This document shows, one piece after another, positions 8,596 through 18,608 of a stretch of DNA of 64,000 bases (its first letter is position 1; each line of letters opens with the position of its first letter). A program made the translations under genes and the position numbers. The DNA is from an uncultured Verrucomicrobiae bacterium (lineage in GTDB: Bacteria > Verrucomicrobiota > Verrucomicrobiia > Limisphaerales > Palsa-1400), in NCBI GenBank assembly GCA_963702845.1, contig OY969763.1, forward strand, positions 3,232,001-3,296,000. The letters run 5' to 3'. The notes under the pieces were generated by a model, which was not told the origin of the DNA, did no database searches, and saw nothing but the letters and a program-made list of their open reading frames with translations.

Positions 8596-11500
8596 ATGAA
8601 ATCTAACTTCTTTGCGAAAGCACTTACTCTACTCGCCGGCATTTCGCTCGTGCTTGCCGCACGAGCAGACATCACCACCGGCCTGATTGGCTATTGGAGC
8701 CTGAGTGACGGCCCCGGCGCGTCGACCGTCACTGATCTCACCGGCAACGGCAATAACGGTACATTAACGAATTTTACCGATGGCACGTATAACAACATGT
8801 GGACGAGTTCCAGCGACACGAATGATGGCTGGCCGTTTGCCATGCTCTTCAATCAAAGCGGTGAAGGCGCCAACACCTATATCAACGTCCCCGATTCCTC
8901 CGTTTTGAATACGCCCAGCGCCAACCGAACATGGACTTTGTCGGCCTGGGTCAAATGTAGCGAAGCCGGCACGGCCGAACCAAGATACGCGGGCATCATC
9001 GCCAAAGGCAACCAGGGTGCCGAAGCTTATGCGCTTTACATGAACGACACTGCCGGAACCGGAAAGTTCTCGGGCATTTTTCACAATGCATCTCTCGGCA
9101 GTGCCGAGGTCGCCACTTCGACCACAGTTGCGCAGAACGGCGTCTGGTATCATGTGGCTGTCACTGTTTTGGAACCAAAGAGCAGCAGCGCGAACGCCGA
9201 AGCGATTTTGTATGTCAATGGCGTGGCCGAAAGCGGGGCTAACGCCAACACTTATACCACTGTCTATAGCACCAACCTGCCGGTGACCATCGGCTGTCGT
9301 CGTCTCAGCAGTGGAGACATCGGCGCGGCGTTTGCGGGCACCATCGATGACGTGCGCATTTATTCGCGGGCGCTCTCCGCCAACGACATCGCTCAATTGT
9401 ACGCCAACAAAGCTTTCGCCCCCAACAATAGTGGGATCGGCTACTGGAACGGATCGGCGGGAAACGGCGGAAATGCCACGCTGGACACCGCATCGCTCAA
9501 TTTCTGCACGAACATTTATTCTGCGCCGGTGGGAACGGCTGCCAGCCTGGGCAATGTATTGACACTGGACAACGGCAGCGCATTGCCGCCGAGTGTTACT
9601 TTTGCCAGCACTTACTATAGCAACTCACTGCCGATTGCTGTTGCCGCGACAAATCTGACGATCGCCCCGGGCGGCCTGGCGGTAGCCACAGCCAATGCTC
9701 CTGGAACGATCAATTTCGCCAATAATTTAGCCACAACTTTTATTCTCAACAGCAGCGACAGCATTGGTATCAAGGACGGTGCCAACCCGACCTCATTGGT
9801 CCAATCTGGTAACGGCACGGCTATTCTGACAGGGGTGAACACATTCAGCGGCGGCGTCACGATCAACTGGGGCACAGTGCAAGTGGGTAACGGCGGCACG
9901 ATCACCGGACAGGAACTGGGAACGGGCAGTGTGACGGACAATAGCACTCTGGCGTTCAGCGGGAATAACAGCGCGATCTTTAACTCTGCCATAAGCGGCA
10001 CCGGCGTGGTGATTCAGAAAGGCTCCGGCACGACTACTTTGACTGGTGCCAATACTTACACCGGCGGCACGACAATCACCAGCGGCGCTCTAACTGTAAA
10101 CTCCCTCAGTGATTCGGGCAGTCCGGCTGGCACTGGTTCTGTTACACTCGGCGGAGGAACATTGAATTACACGGGAGCAAGTGATTCAACAGCGCGTCAA
10201 TTTACCGGCATCGCTGGCACCACCAATACGATTGACGTCACGTCAGGGGCCAACTTGGAAATAACCGGGCGCGTCACAGGCAGCGCCGCGTGGGTGGTGA
10301 ACAAGGTTGACAGCGGAACGCTGACCCTCAGCGGCAGCACCGACAATTCATTTCTCGGGATGAACGTCAACGGGGGCACGGTCATTTTGAACAAGAACAG
10401 CACCACCGCCATTCATGCAATCGGTAATCCCCTTACAGTAAACAGTGGTGGGACAGTGCAGTTGTCCGGCAGCTCTAATTATCAAATTGCCAACAATGCC
10501 AACTCGCCTGTGACGATCAACAGCGGCGGTGTTTTTGACGCGAACAGTCAGAGTCAAACGTTTAACAAATTGGCCCTCTCCGGAACCGGCAGTGGCAGCG
10601 GCGCGCTGATCAACAGCGCGGCCAGCACAACCTCCACCATGACGGCGTTAGTCGTCCTGGCTGGCGGTGCGACTATTGGTGGCGCGGGCAGCATCACGTT
10701 GCCAAGCGTGGTGAGCGGCACGGGCGGTTTGACCTACGCTGGAACGGGCACATTGACGTTAAGCGCAGCCAACACTTATTCCGGCGCGACGGTCGTCAGC
10801 TCGGGGTTACTTGATGGCATTTTCAATGGCGCAATTCCCGGAAACGTCGCTGTCACTGGCACGGGCACATTGTCGCTCGATACTGCTGCTATATTGTCCC
10901 CGACCGCCATCCTTACGCTGCCTGCCTCGCCTGGCACCGGCATTGTGAATCTTAACTTCTCCGGAACTCAAACCATCAGCGCTCTGTTTATCGGTACAAC
11001 TTCAATGCCCGGTGGCACCTACGGCGCGCCCGGTTCAGGTGCGACACACGAGAACGCCGCGTTTCAAAACGTCGGTATTTTGTATGTTGCGCAAACCTTC
11101 TGGGATGCAAATCACACCGATGCCGGTTCGCAAAGCAGCGCGAACGGCGGCGGCAGTGGAAATTGGAACAACGCCACCGCCAGCTGGTGGGTCAGCGGCA
11201 ACGCGGATACGATTTGGAGCCCAGGAAACGTCGCCTATTTTGCCGGAACGGCTGGCACGGTGACGCTGAATGATAACGTCACCGCCGCCGGACTGACAGT
11301 TACCGCGCCGAACTATAACCTTAATAATACCGACGGCACTTCCGCTCTTACCTTAAGTGGCACCGCGCCGACAGTTACGATTCCCCAGGGCACCACAACC
11401 ATTGGCTGTGCCATTGCCGGCTCAGGCACCGTGACTGTCAGCGGTCCCGGCACGCTGAATTTAAGCGGAGCAAACACCTATAGCGGCGGCACAACGATCG

Positions 11501-14049
11501 CAGGCGGGACCACGGTCAACGCCAACACGATCAGCGATTCGGGGAGCAGTTCTTTAGGCGTGGGCGGCGCGAACGTGATGTTGGGAACTGTAGGAGGCCA
11601 GGGCGCGAATCTTAATTTCACCGGAAGCTCTGGTCTCACCGCCAGCCAGGTCACACTCAATGGCACAAATAGCTCCGTCCTAAACGTCCCTTCAGGCAGC
11701 AGTCTCGAGTTGGACGGCCAGGTCAGAAGCGGAACAACTACCGCGGCTCCGCTGCTGACGTTGACTGGCGGCGGCACATTGACCCTCGGCGGCTCCGGCG
11801 ACAACGCCGCGTTAACCATGGCGATCCAAAAAGGCAACGTGATCATCACCAAGAACAGCGCTTCCACCGCGCATGGGTTGGGCGGCGGCTCCAGCTCCAT
11901 CGGCACCGGCACCGTCGGCAACAGCGCCATCCTCCAATTGAGCGGGTCGGGCGGCTTCGACCTGTTCAACACCTGCGTCCTGACGGTCAACAGCCCGGAC
12001 GGCATGCTCGACTTGAACGGACAGAACGACAGCATGAGCACGCTCACCTTGTCCGGTTCCGGCCCAACTGGCGTCGGTGCCCTCATTAACAGTGCCGCTT
12101 CTACACTCAGCTTGCTGAACAACACCGGCAGCGGAATGGTGCTCGCTGGCCCGACGACTATTGGCGGTGTCGGCGACATTGGTCTCCAGGGCAAAGTTAC
12201 CGGCAGCGGCCCGTTGACCTATATTGGCTCGGGCACATTGAGTTTGAGCAACGCGAACACTTTCAGTGCTGGAACCGTAGTCAGCGCGGGCAGCACCGTC
12301 GCATTCGCAAACAACGCCGGCGCAGCGGGCAGCGGAGCAGTCACCGTCAACGCCAACGGCACATTGGTCGTGGCCCTGGTTGGCAACAACGTCATTTTCC
12401 CCAACACGATCACAGGCACTGGAACAGTGAACCTGCAGGAAACATCGGCCAACAACCTGCAATTGGGCGGTTCGATGTCCACCTTTACCGGCGTGCTCAA
12501 TTGTCCGACCAGTCCCGGCGGCGCGGCCAAGGCGCAGATCCTCACGACGGCTGTCAATATCAACAGCGCGGCTACCATCAATGTCGCTGCTGGCGGGACA
12601 TTTTACGTCGCCAATAGCGGGGTCACTATCGCTTGCACCGTCAATCTGTACGGGACTGGCAACAGTGAGACTTACGGTGCATTACGAATCGAAAATGGCG
12701 CGTTGATCAGCGGGCCGGTGACATTGTTCGGCAACACGACGATGGGCAACGGTGCAGCCGGACCTGCCAAATTGGCAACGATCAGCGGAGCGATTCACGA
12801 ATCCGGCGGTTCTTACGGCATCACGTTTACATCGGAACCGGGCACGATCGTGCTTTCGGGTGTAAATACTTATAGCGGTCCGACGACGATCAATAAAGGC
12901 GTGCTGATCATCAGCGGAGCCGGCCAATTGGGGAGTGGCAATTATGCGGGCGATATTCTTAATAACGCCAGCAACCTTACTTACGCGAGCACCGCGCCGC
13001 AGACTTTATCAGGCGTCATCTCCGGCAGTGGCATGTTGATCGAAGGTGGTCCTGGCACGCTGACATTGACTGGCGCCAACGCTTACACTGGCGACACATG
13101 GGTGACAAACGGCAGCACGCTGGTCGTGGCCGGTTCGGGTTCTTTGGGCGCAGCCAATGCGAACAATTATGCAGGCAATATATTAGACAACGGCACTTTC
13201 ACTGACGCCAGCTCGACTGCACAGACGTTATCCGGGACTATTTCCGGGACCGGCGGAGTGACCGCAACCGGCTCAAGCATCCTCACATTGGCCGGAGCTA
13301 ATTCGTATACGGGCAATACCCTTATCACCAACGGCGCTACCCTCGTCTTGACCGGCTCGATCGACACAACGCCATCTATTGCGATCGCGGCTGGCTCAAC
13401 CCTTGATGCTTCTGCCATCGACCCGTATACGATGAACGCCAATACGACTTTGCAAGCCAGCGGCACCGGAACCGCTGTCACTGCGGCGATGATCAAAGGC
13501 GGTTCGAGTGTCACGCTTGGGTCAATGGCATTGAACTTCAAACCGCAAAGTTTTTCGGGCGACGCTTCCCATCCGGCGCTATACGTCTCTGCCGGATCGT
13601 TGACCCTCAACGGACCTGGACTCACCGTCAACAATGCGACCGGAACACCTCTGGGCGTGGGGACATATAGTATAATTCAAGCAAGCGGTTCGCTAACCCT
13701 CGCGAACAACAGCGTCACGGTTACCGGCGCGGGCCTGGCCGCTGGCACGACAGCCTCGCTTTCTATGGGCGGTGTCAATCTGAACCTGGTCGTCACATCG
13801 GGTGGAGCAATTCCTCAACCGAAGATCACCAATATTACGTACTTGAACGGCAACGTGATGTTCGGCGGCACCAATGGTCCGAAAAACGGCACTTACTATG
13901 TACTGGCCTCCACCAACGTTGGGCTGTCTCTGACGAACTGGACATCCATCGCTACAAATAACTTTGACTCCGCAGGAGCCTTCGCAGTCACTAACACTCC
14001 GCAAGGCACAGCTCAGAGATTCTACCTCATCGATATCCGCACTCCGTAA
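8596..14049 (+). CDS. Secreted LamG/concanavalin-like domain protein with autotransporter-associated beta-strand repeats and a C-terminal 'RFY' domain
   Basis: Signal peptide; LamG (WTLSAWVK, WYHVAVT, GTIDDVRIYSRALS); many GxGTLTLSGANTYxGxTxI repeats; no beta-barrel; tail YYVLASTN...NW...QRFYLI. Confidence 0.9.
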   Translation: MKSNFFAKALTLLAGISLVLAARADITTGLIGYWSLSDGPGASTVTDLTGNGNNGTLTNFTDGTYNNMWTSSSDTNDGWPFAMLFNQSGEGANTYINVPDSSVLNTPSANRTWTLSAWVKCSEAGTAEPRYAGIIAKGNQGAEAYALYMNDTAGTGKFSGIFHNASLGSAEVATSTTVAQNGVWYHVAVTVLEPKSSSANAEAILYVNGVAESGANANTYTTVYSTNLPVTIGCRRLSSGDIGAAFAGTIDDVRIYSRALSANDIAQLYANKAFAPNNSGIGYWNGSAGNGGNATLDTASLNFCTNIYSAPVGTAASLGNVLTLDNGSALPPSVTFASTYYSNSLPIAVAATNLTIAPGGLAVATANAPGTINFANNLATTFILNSSDSIGIKDGANPTSLVQSGNGTAILTGVNTFSGGVTINWGTVQVGNGGTITGQELGTGSVTDNSTLAFSGNNSAIFNSAISGTGVVIQKGSGTTTLTGANTYTGGTTITSGALTVNSLSDSGSPAGTGSVTLGGGTLNYTGASDSTARQFTGIAGTTNTIDVTSGANLEITGRVTGSAAWVVNKVDSGTLTLSGSTDNSFLGMNVNGGTVILNKNSTTAIHAIGNPLTVNSGGTVQLSGSSNYQIANNANSPVTINSGGVFDANSQSQTFNKLALSGTGSGSGALINSAASTTSTMTALVVLAGGATIGGAGSITLPSVVSGTGGLTYAGTGTLTLSAANTYSGATVVSSGLLDGIFNGAIPGNVAVTGTGTLSLDTAAILSPTAILTLPASPGTGIVNLNFSGTQTISALFIGTTSMPGGTYGAPGSGATHENAAFQNVGILYVAQTFWDANHTDAGSQSSANGGGSGNWNNATASWWVSGNADTIWSPGNVAYFAGTAGTVTLNDNVTAAGLTVTAPNYNLNNTDGTSALTLSGTAPTVTIPQGTTTIGCAIAGSGTVTVSGPGTLNLSGANTYSGGTTIAGGTTVNANTISDSGSSSLGVGGANVMLGTVGGQGANLNFTGSSGLTASQVTLNGTNSSVLNVPSGSSLELDGQVRSGTTTAAPLLTLTGGGTLTLGGSGDNAALTMAIQKGNVIITKNSASTAHGLGGGSSSIGTGTVGNSAILQLSGSGGFDLFNTCVLTVNSPDGMLDLNGQNDSMSTLTLSGSGPTGVGALINSAASTLSLLNNTGSGMVLAGPTTIGGVGDIGLQGKVTGSGPLTYIGSGTLSLSNANTFSAGTVVSAGSTVAFANNAGAAGSGAVTVNANGTLVVALVGNNVIFPNTITGTGTVNLQETSANNLQLGGSMSTFTGVLNCPTSPGGAAKAQILTTAVNINSAATINVAAGGTFYVANSGVTIACTVNLYGTGNSETYGALRIENGALISGPVTLFGNTTMGNGAAGPAKLATISGAIHESGGSYGITFTSEPGTIVLSGVNTYSGPTTINKGVLIISGAGQLGSGNYAGDILNNASNLTYASTAPQTLSGVISGSGMLIEGGPGTLTLTGANAYTGDTWVTNGSTLVVAGSGSLGAANANNYAGNILDNGTFTDASSTAQTLSGTISGTGGVTATGSSILTLAGANSYTGNTLITNGATLVLTGSIDTTPSIAIAAGSTLDASAIDPYTMNANTTLQASGTGTAVTAAMIKGGSSVTLGSMALNFKPQSFSGDASHPALYVSAGSLTLNGPGLTVNNATGTPLGVGTYSIIQASGSLTLANNSVTVTGAGLAAGTTASLSMGGVNLNLVVTSGGAIPQPKITNITYLNGNVMFGGTNGPKNGTYYVLASTNVGLSLTNWTSIATNNFDSAGAFAVTNTPQGTAQRFYLIDIRTP

Positions 14050-14108
14050 GGACCTGACGAAGAGGAATGATATCAGCATTTGTGGCGGTTCCGCGTGGCT
14101 GCGGCCGG

Positions 14109-14182
14109 AAAAATGATAGATGGGATGAATGCTGGCGGGTGTGCAACGAAGTTGCTACGTCCACCAGCATATGAATAACTAC
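14109..14182 (+). repeat. Dispersed element, module C copy 2
   Basis: aaaatgatagatgggatgaatgctggcgggtgtgcaacGAAgttgctacgtccaccagcatATGaataac: imperfect hairpin ending directly before an ATG. Confidence 0.9.
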
Positions 14183-14255
14183 AAGGTCCTAACACTTTGC
14201 TTTTTCTACGCTGGCGCGGTGACACCGGCTACCGCTCGCAATTGACATCCAGCGA

Positions 14256-14861
14256 ATGAACGCAAAGATGCGACGTATGAATTGGGAAGAAACTTACCAA
14301 AAAGGCGAAGCGTTCTGGAACAAGGGTGAGCCGTCGCCGCCGATGAAACAATATCTCGATCGGCACGCCGTGCGCGGTCGCGCACTCGTGCCGGGCTGCG
14401 GCCACGGTCATGAGGTGGCCCTGGCGGTGGAGCATGGGTTGGATGCGACTGGGCTGGACATTGCGCCGGCCGGGGTGGCAGAGGCGCGCGCGCTGTATCC
14501 TCAGTTGGCCGAGCGCTTCGTGGTCGGGGATTTGTTTAACCCGCCGGAGGAAATGCGCGGCGCGTTTGATGTAGTGCTGGAGCACACCTGTTTGAGCGGG
14601 CTGCATCCGACGCTGCGCGCCGACTACCGGCGGGGCATTGACCTGACGCTGCGACGCGGGGGGTTGCTCATCGGGGTGTGGTTCATCAATCCGGATCTCG
14701 ATCCTGGAGAAGAGGGGCCTCCCTTCCCTTTCAGCGTGGCTGACCTGACAGCGCTCTTTGCAAAGGGCTACGAACTCGTGGATGATTACGTGCCGGATCT
14801 GTCCTTTGACACGCGCGTGGGCCGGGAGCGGATGCGCGTGCTGCGCCGCGTGGCATGTTGA
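14256..14861 (+). CDS. Thiopurine/halide S-methyltransferase-like class I SAM methyltransferase
   Basis: W...Y...W.KGEPSP N-terminus, motif I ALVPGCGHGHE, GLDIA, FDVVLEHTC and GPPF, as in the TPMT family. The start may be 14277. Confidence 0.9.
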   Translation: MNAKMRRMNWEETYQKGEAFWNKGEPSPPMKQYLDRHAVRGRALVPGCGHGHEVALAVEHGLDATGLDIAPAGVAEARALYPQLAERFVVGDLFNPPEEMRGAFDVVLEHTCLSGLHPTLRADYRRGIDLTLRRGGLLIGVWFINPDLDPGEEGPPFPFSVADLTALFAKGYELVDDYVPDLSFDTRVGRERMRVLRRVAC

Positions 14862-15163
14862 GGCGACACAAGTGTCGATTCTCACTATTTACACAACTCC
14901 GTTTTGGTGGTTTCTGGGCAAGTCGATTTGACACGTAAGTCCGACCGCAGGGAGTTCATTTGACAACATCAGGCGAGTCAGTTTGTTTACCACATAAAAC
15001 CGGTAACGTGAGATAGGGCACTTCTGTAAGGCCGCCACTGCTGGAGGCTCTACCCCTGTTTTAGGGAATTTTCCTGATGACTATTTCGCGTATTGCGTTC
15101 CGAAGCCATTATCGAGGGATGCACCACTCGCGTATCGGCGCTCTTCCGCTTGAGGTTCAGCTT

Positions 15164-16855
15164 CTACGCCATCCGTTGCAGTTCCTGCTGCGCGTGTGCC
15201 ACCACCCGCTCCAGGCACCCGTCTTCAAATGGCGAAACCAGCCCCACCGACTGCACTAACTCACCAAACGCCAGTTCCCCTCCGCGGCGGCAAAGCTCGA
15301 AAAACTTCTCCATCGCTGCCCGCCGATCTCGCGCCGCCAGCTCCCAAAGCTGCAGCGCCACCGTCAGCGCCAGTGCATAGTCAATGTAATAAAACGGATA
15401 CCGATAGATGTGCAGCTGGCCCTGCCAGAATCGGCCGCTCGCCGGATGGGCCAGGTCGCCATACGTCCGCCACGGCAAATACGTCCGCTCCAACTCCTGC
15501 CACATCGCCGCCCGCTCATCCGGCGTCGCCGTCGGGTTCGCATAAATCGAATGCTGAAAGTGATCGACCGCCGCTCCGTATGGCAAGAAAAGCAGCCGGT
15601 CCAGCAGATGTTGCTGCCGGTATCGCTCCGTATCCTCCCCGAAGAACAATTCCATCTGCGGCCACGTCAAAAACTCCAGCGCGGTCGCATGAATCTCGCA
15701 CGTCTCTATCGTCGGATAAATATTTTCCCACAGCGGCTGTTCGAGTCCCAAATAACCTTGAAACGCATGCCCCATCTCGTGCGTAAACAACAGCGCGTCG
15801 ATCTTCGTGCCCGTACAGCTGCCGAAGATGAACGGCAGCCCAAAGCCCGGCACCACCTCACAGAATCCGCCCCCACCTTTCCCTTCGCGCGATTCGAAGT
15901 CGATGGTGTTTCTCGCACGCATTTTCGCAAAGAACGATTCCAACCGTGGATCCACCCGGGCAAACATTTCACTCGCCCGCTCCGCCATCCACTCATGACC
16001 GCCCAGCGGCCGTGGACACCCCGTCGAATCCTGCACCGATTCGTCCCACCACATCAGCTGCTCGATGCCCAGCCTTTCCGCCTGTCGCGCGCGAATATTA
16101 ACCGCCAACGGCACGACCAGGTCGCGCACCTGAACACGAAATCGCTCCACGTCCGCCTGCGCGTAACCGACGCGCTGCATCCGCTCGTAGCCAACGCTGA
16201 CAAAATTGTCCCGGCCGAGCTTTTCCGCCATTGCCTGTCGTCGCGTCACGAGGCCGTCGAAAATCGAATCGAGCTGCGCTTGATGCGTAGCAAACCAGCC
16301 CCATCGCAACTGGCCCGCCTCGTGGCGCACCTGGCGATCCTGGTGATCATTGAGAGCCTTCATATCCTCGAGCGTTTGTGTCTTGCCCTGAAATTCAAAC
16401 TTCGCCGACGCCAACAGCTCCGTGTAACTCGCCTCCAGCTTCGCTTGCTCGACGAGGTCCCCCTCAATCGCCGGATCAAAGGACGCGATGTCACATCGCC
16501 AAAGTTCAAATGCATGCGCCCCAAAATGCTCTACCAGTGCCTCCCGATGCGGGCTCGCCACCAGCTTTCGCTTCATCCCCACCGCCAAATTCGTCAGCTT
16601 CGGCTCCAGCTCATCGCGCATCTCACGCGCCCGCTTGTAATCCTCATTCCGCGTATCCTGCTGGAAGCGGATATAAGCCAATACACTCCAACTCCCCAAC
16701 CGACGCCGCAACGCATCCCATTGCTCGACGGCCGCAATCGCCCCACAAGCGGACGCAGTAGCGTCCAGCGCCGCCCCAATCCGCGCATACTCCGCAGCCA
16801 CCTCCTCATAAACCGGTGCCGGCAATTCGTACTCCTTGAAGTCTGTGTTGCTCAT
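15164..16855 (-). CDS. M3 family oligoendopeptidase
   Basis: HEMGH zinc motif, GKGGGGFC, E-IH third-ligand region, VDHFQH and HIYRYPFYYIDYALA. Confidence 0.95.
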   Translation of the reverse strand: MSNTDFKEYELPAPVYEEVAAEYARIGAALDATASACGAIAAVEQWDALRRRLGSWSVLAYIRFQQDTRNEDYKRAREMRDELEPKLTNLAVGMKRKLVASPHREALVEHFGAHAFELWRCDIASFDPAIEGDLVEQAKLEASYTELLASAKFEFQGKTQTLEDMKALNDHQDRQVRHEAGQLRWGWFATHQAQLDSIFDGLVTRRQAMAEKLGRDNFVSVGYERMQRVGYAQADVERFRVQVRDLVVPLAVNIRARQAERLGIEQLMWWDESVQDSTGCPRPLGGHEWMAERASEMFARVDPRLESFFAKMRARNTIDFESREGKGGGGFCEVVPGFGLPFIFGSCTGTKIDALLFTHEMGHAFQGYLGLEQPLWENIYPTIETCEIHATALEFLTWPQMELFFGEDTERYRQQHLLDRLLFLPYGAAVDHFQHSIYANPTATPDERAAMWQELERTYLPWRTYGDLAHPASGRFWQGQLHIYRYPFYYIDYALALTVALQLWELAARDRRAAMEKFFELCRRGGELAFGELVQSVGLVSPFEDGCLERVVAHAQQELQRMA

Positions 16856-17121
16856 GTTCGTGGATACGGTTAATCGGCACCGGGACGACCCCGAAATTAC
16901 GCCTCAGTTAGCAAGTTCATCAGCTAGCACAGCTCAATTCTCCATCGCGCCGGCCTACAAAAAGCAGATTCACTTCATTTCGCTCATCGTAGGATGAGGG
17001 TTTTACCGAGCAATTTCCCCAGCCCTGTCAATCATAAGAAATTGCTTTTTGTACGCTGGCGCGTCAATGGGTTTTTAGGCCCAGTTCGGGTCGGAGTAGG
17101 ATGTGAGGCTATCGTTCGGGC

Positions 17122-17221
17122 AAAAATGATAGCTGGCATGAATGCTGGCGGGCGTGCAACAAAGTTACTGCGTCCACCAGCATATGAATAACCATCAGGA
17201 AAGTTCTAGCTCTCAAGTTTG
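17122..17221 (+). repeat. Dispersed element, module C copy 3 (empty site for the MITE at 17914)
   Basis: aaaaatgatagctggcatgaatgctggcgggcgtgcaacaaagttactgcgtccaccagcatATGaataaccatcaggaaagttcTAgctctcaagtttg. Confidence 0.9.
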
Positions 17222-17271
17222 CGGGGAGCAATTCGCATGCGTATCGTCCAACCCTGAAAGTAAAACGACAA

Positions 17272-17715
17272 CTACCCGCCCAGCAGAGTCGCCAACGCCG
17301 TCTGGCCTATACAGGTGTTTTTTGGTGATTTCTCGAGATGATCGAGGGCCTTCTTAAGCACTTCCGCCGAGAATGGCTTCGTCAAAATAGTGCCGTCCAC
17401 GTATTTGATGAATGCGTCAATCTTGGGGTTGTCGCGATGGCCGCTCATGAACAGGAATCGCCTGCATAACGCCGGCCGAACGCGAAACACCGCCAGATAG
17501 AACAAGTCTCCGGCGAAATTCGGCATCACCATGTCGCAAAGAATGAAGGTAAAATCGCGTGCAACGATCCTCTTAAGGGCTTGAGCGCCGTCCGGTTCAA
17601 ACTCCACTTCGAAGCCCCAATTCACCAGATGCTCGCGTATCAACGCAGCCAGCGGCAAATCATCATCCACAATGAGAACACTGCGCGCCGCACCGCCGTT
17701 TGCCGGAGAACTCAT
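17272..17715 (-). CDS. Single-domain response regulator (CheY-like receiver)
   Basis: VLIVDDD, ILCDMVMP (phosphoacceptor Asp), FMSG and TKPF. Confidence 0.9.
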   Translation of the reverse strand: MSSPANGGAARSVLIVDDDLPLAALIREHLVNWGFEVEFEPDGAQALKRIVARDFTFILCDMVMPNFAGDLFYLAVFRVRPALCRRFLFMSGHRDNPKIDAFIKYVDGTILTKPFSAEVLKKALDHLEKSPKNTCIGQTALATLLGG

Positions 17716-17827
17716 AATAGGACGATTAAACTGGTTGTCTTGGCGGGCGGCAAGAAAAACGTAGGGAGAACACTGACATTCACTGTGAATTATTAGTCTA
17801 AGCGTTGCAGCTGCAGTCCAAAAAAAT

Positions 17828-18436
17828 AAATGATAGACGGCATGAATGCCGGCGGGGGTGCAACGAACTTGCTCCGTCCATCAACATATGAACCTACCAC
17901 CAGGAAAGTTCTAGAGTGATTGCCAAAAGTAATTTCGGGAAAGGTGAAGCGGGGAACCCGGCAGTGCTAGGCGCGAGTAGCATCCGCGAAGCGGTGCAGC
18001 GACTATACAGTTCTGACTGCGCGCATGTCCTCATGGACCTGTAAGGAACGAGCAACAACGCAATGCCGGGTTCCCCGCTTCAGCCGTAGGCCGGGGGGCT
18101 TTTGTCTTTTGGCTTCCTTGTCGGTCTCGGCAAGATCCACCAGGGATATTGACTTCGATCTCCGCCTCGCCAAAAACCAAAATCCCTCCCGCCATTCCGG
18201 AAATTAAATTTGGCAATCGCTCTAACTCTCAAGTTTGAGCAAGTCGCAAGCAAGCTTTCAACCCAACCCAACACACCAGCAGATCAAGCTCGCCTCCACC
18301 AGTTACGTCTAGCACTGAGCGGGCAGCGACAGAATTGTGGGCGAATACGCGGAAATTGTGCAGCTACGTCTTGAAATTCTTTCTGAAAGATCCGAATCTC
18401 TTCCTGTCAATCAACTCTGCAGTGCAGGGTTCGGTT
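17828..18436 (+). repeat. Dispersed element, modules C and B in tandem, interrupted by a MITE
   Basis: Module C at 17828-17913 resumes at 18223 (taactctcaagtttg). Module B at 18293-18436 is closely similar to 23003-23147. Confidence 0.85.
17914..18222. mobile_element. 309-bp MITE with ~28-bp imperfect TIRs and a TA target duplication
   Basis: Left end gagtgattgccaaaagtaatttcgggaa versus reverse complement of the right end gagcgattgccaaatttaatttccggaa (4 mismatches). TA at 17912-17913 and 18223-18224. Empty site visible at 17201-17221. Internal 22-bp inverted repeat at 17945-17966/18061-18082. Confidence 0.9.
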
Positions 18437-18608
18437 TATCAAGCATACCCCACCCCTCAGTCGATAAGGGCGAAACGTTTCCCACCGAGAAGGCACTGCA
18501 TAAGCGCTGCCCGATTGGAAAGCGATTCGCCTCGGCAGATAGAAATCACTTGTAAAACATTCCTCTCTTGTAAAGTATTCACCCACCCCAGATATCGGGA
18601 AAACCATT

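Noticed and set aside
14109..14193. Module C as an integron attC site
   Set aside because: No properly oriented RYYYAAC...GTTRRRY ends, cargo genes lie on both strands, and no intI is in the window.
15410..16873. 487-aa + strand ORF
   Set aside because: Lies antisense to the M3 peptidase, has no motifs, and is expected in GC-rich coding DNA.
16932..16944. 13-bp match gctcaattctcca with 30041-30053
   Set aside because: Too short to exclude chance, and there is no flanking similarity.
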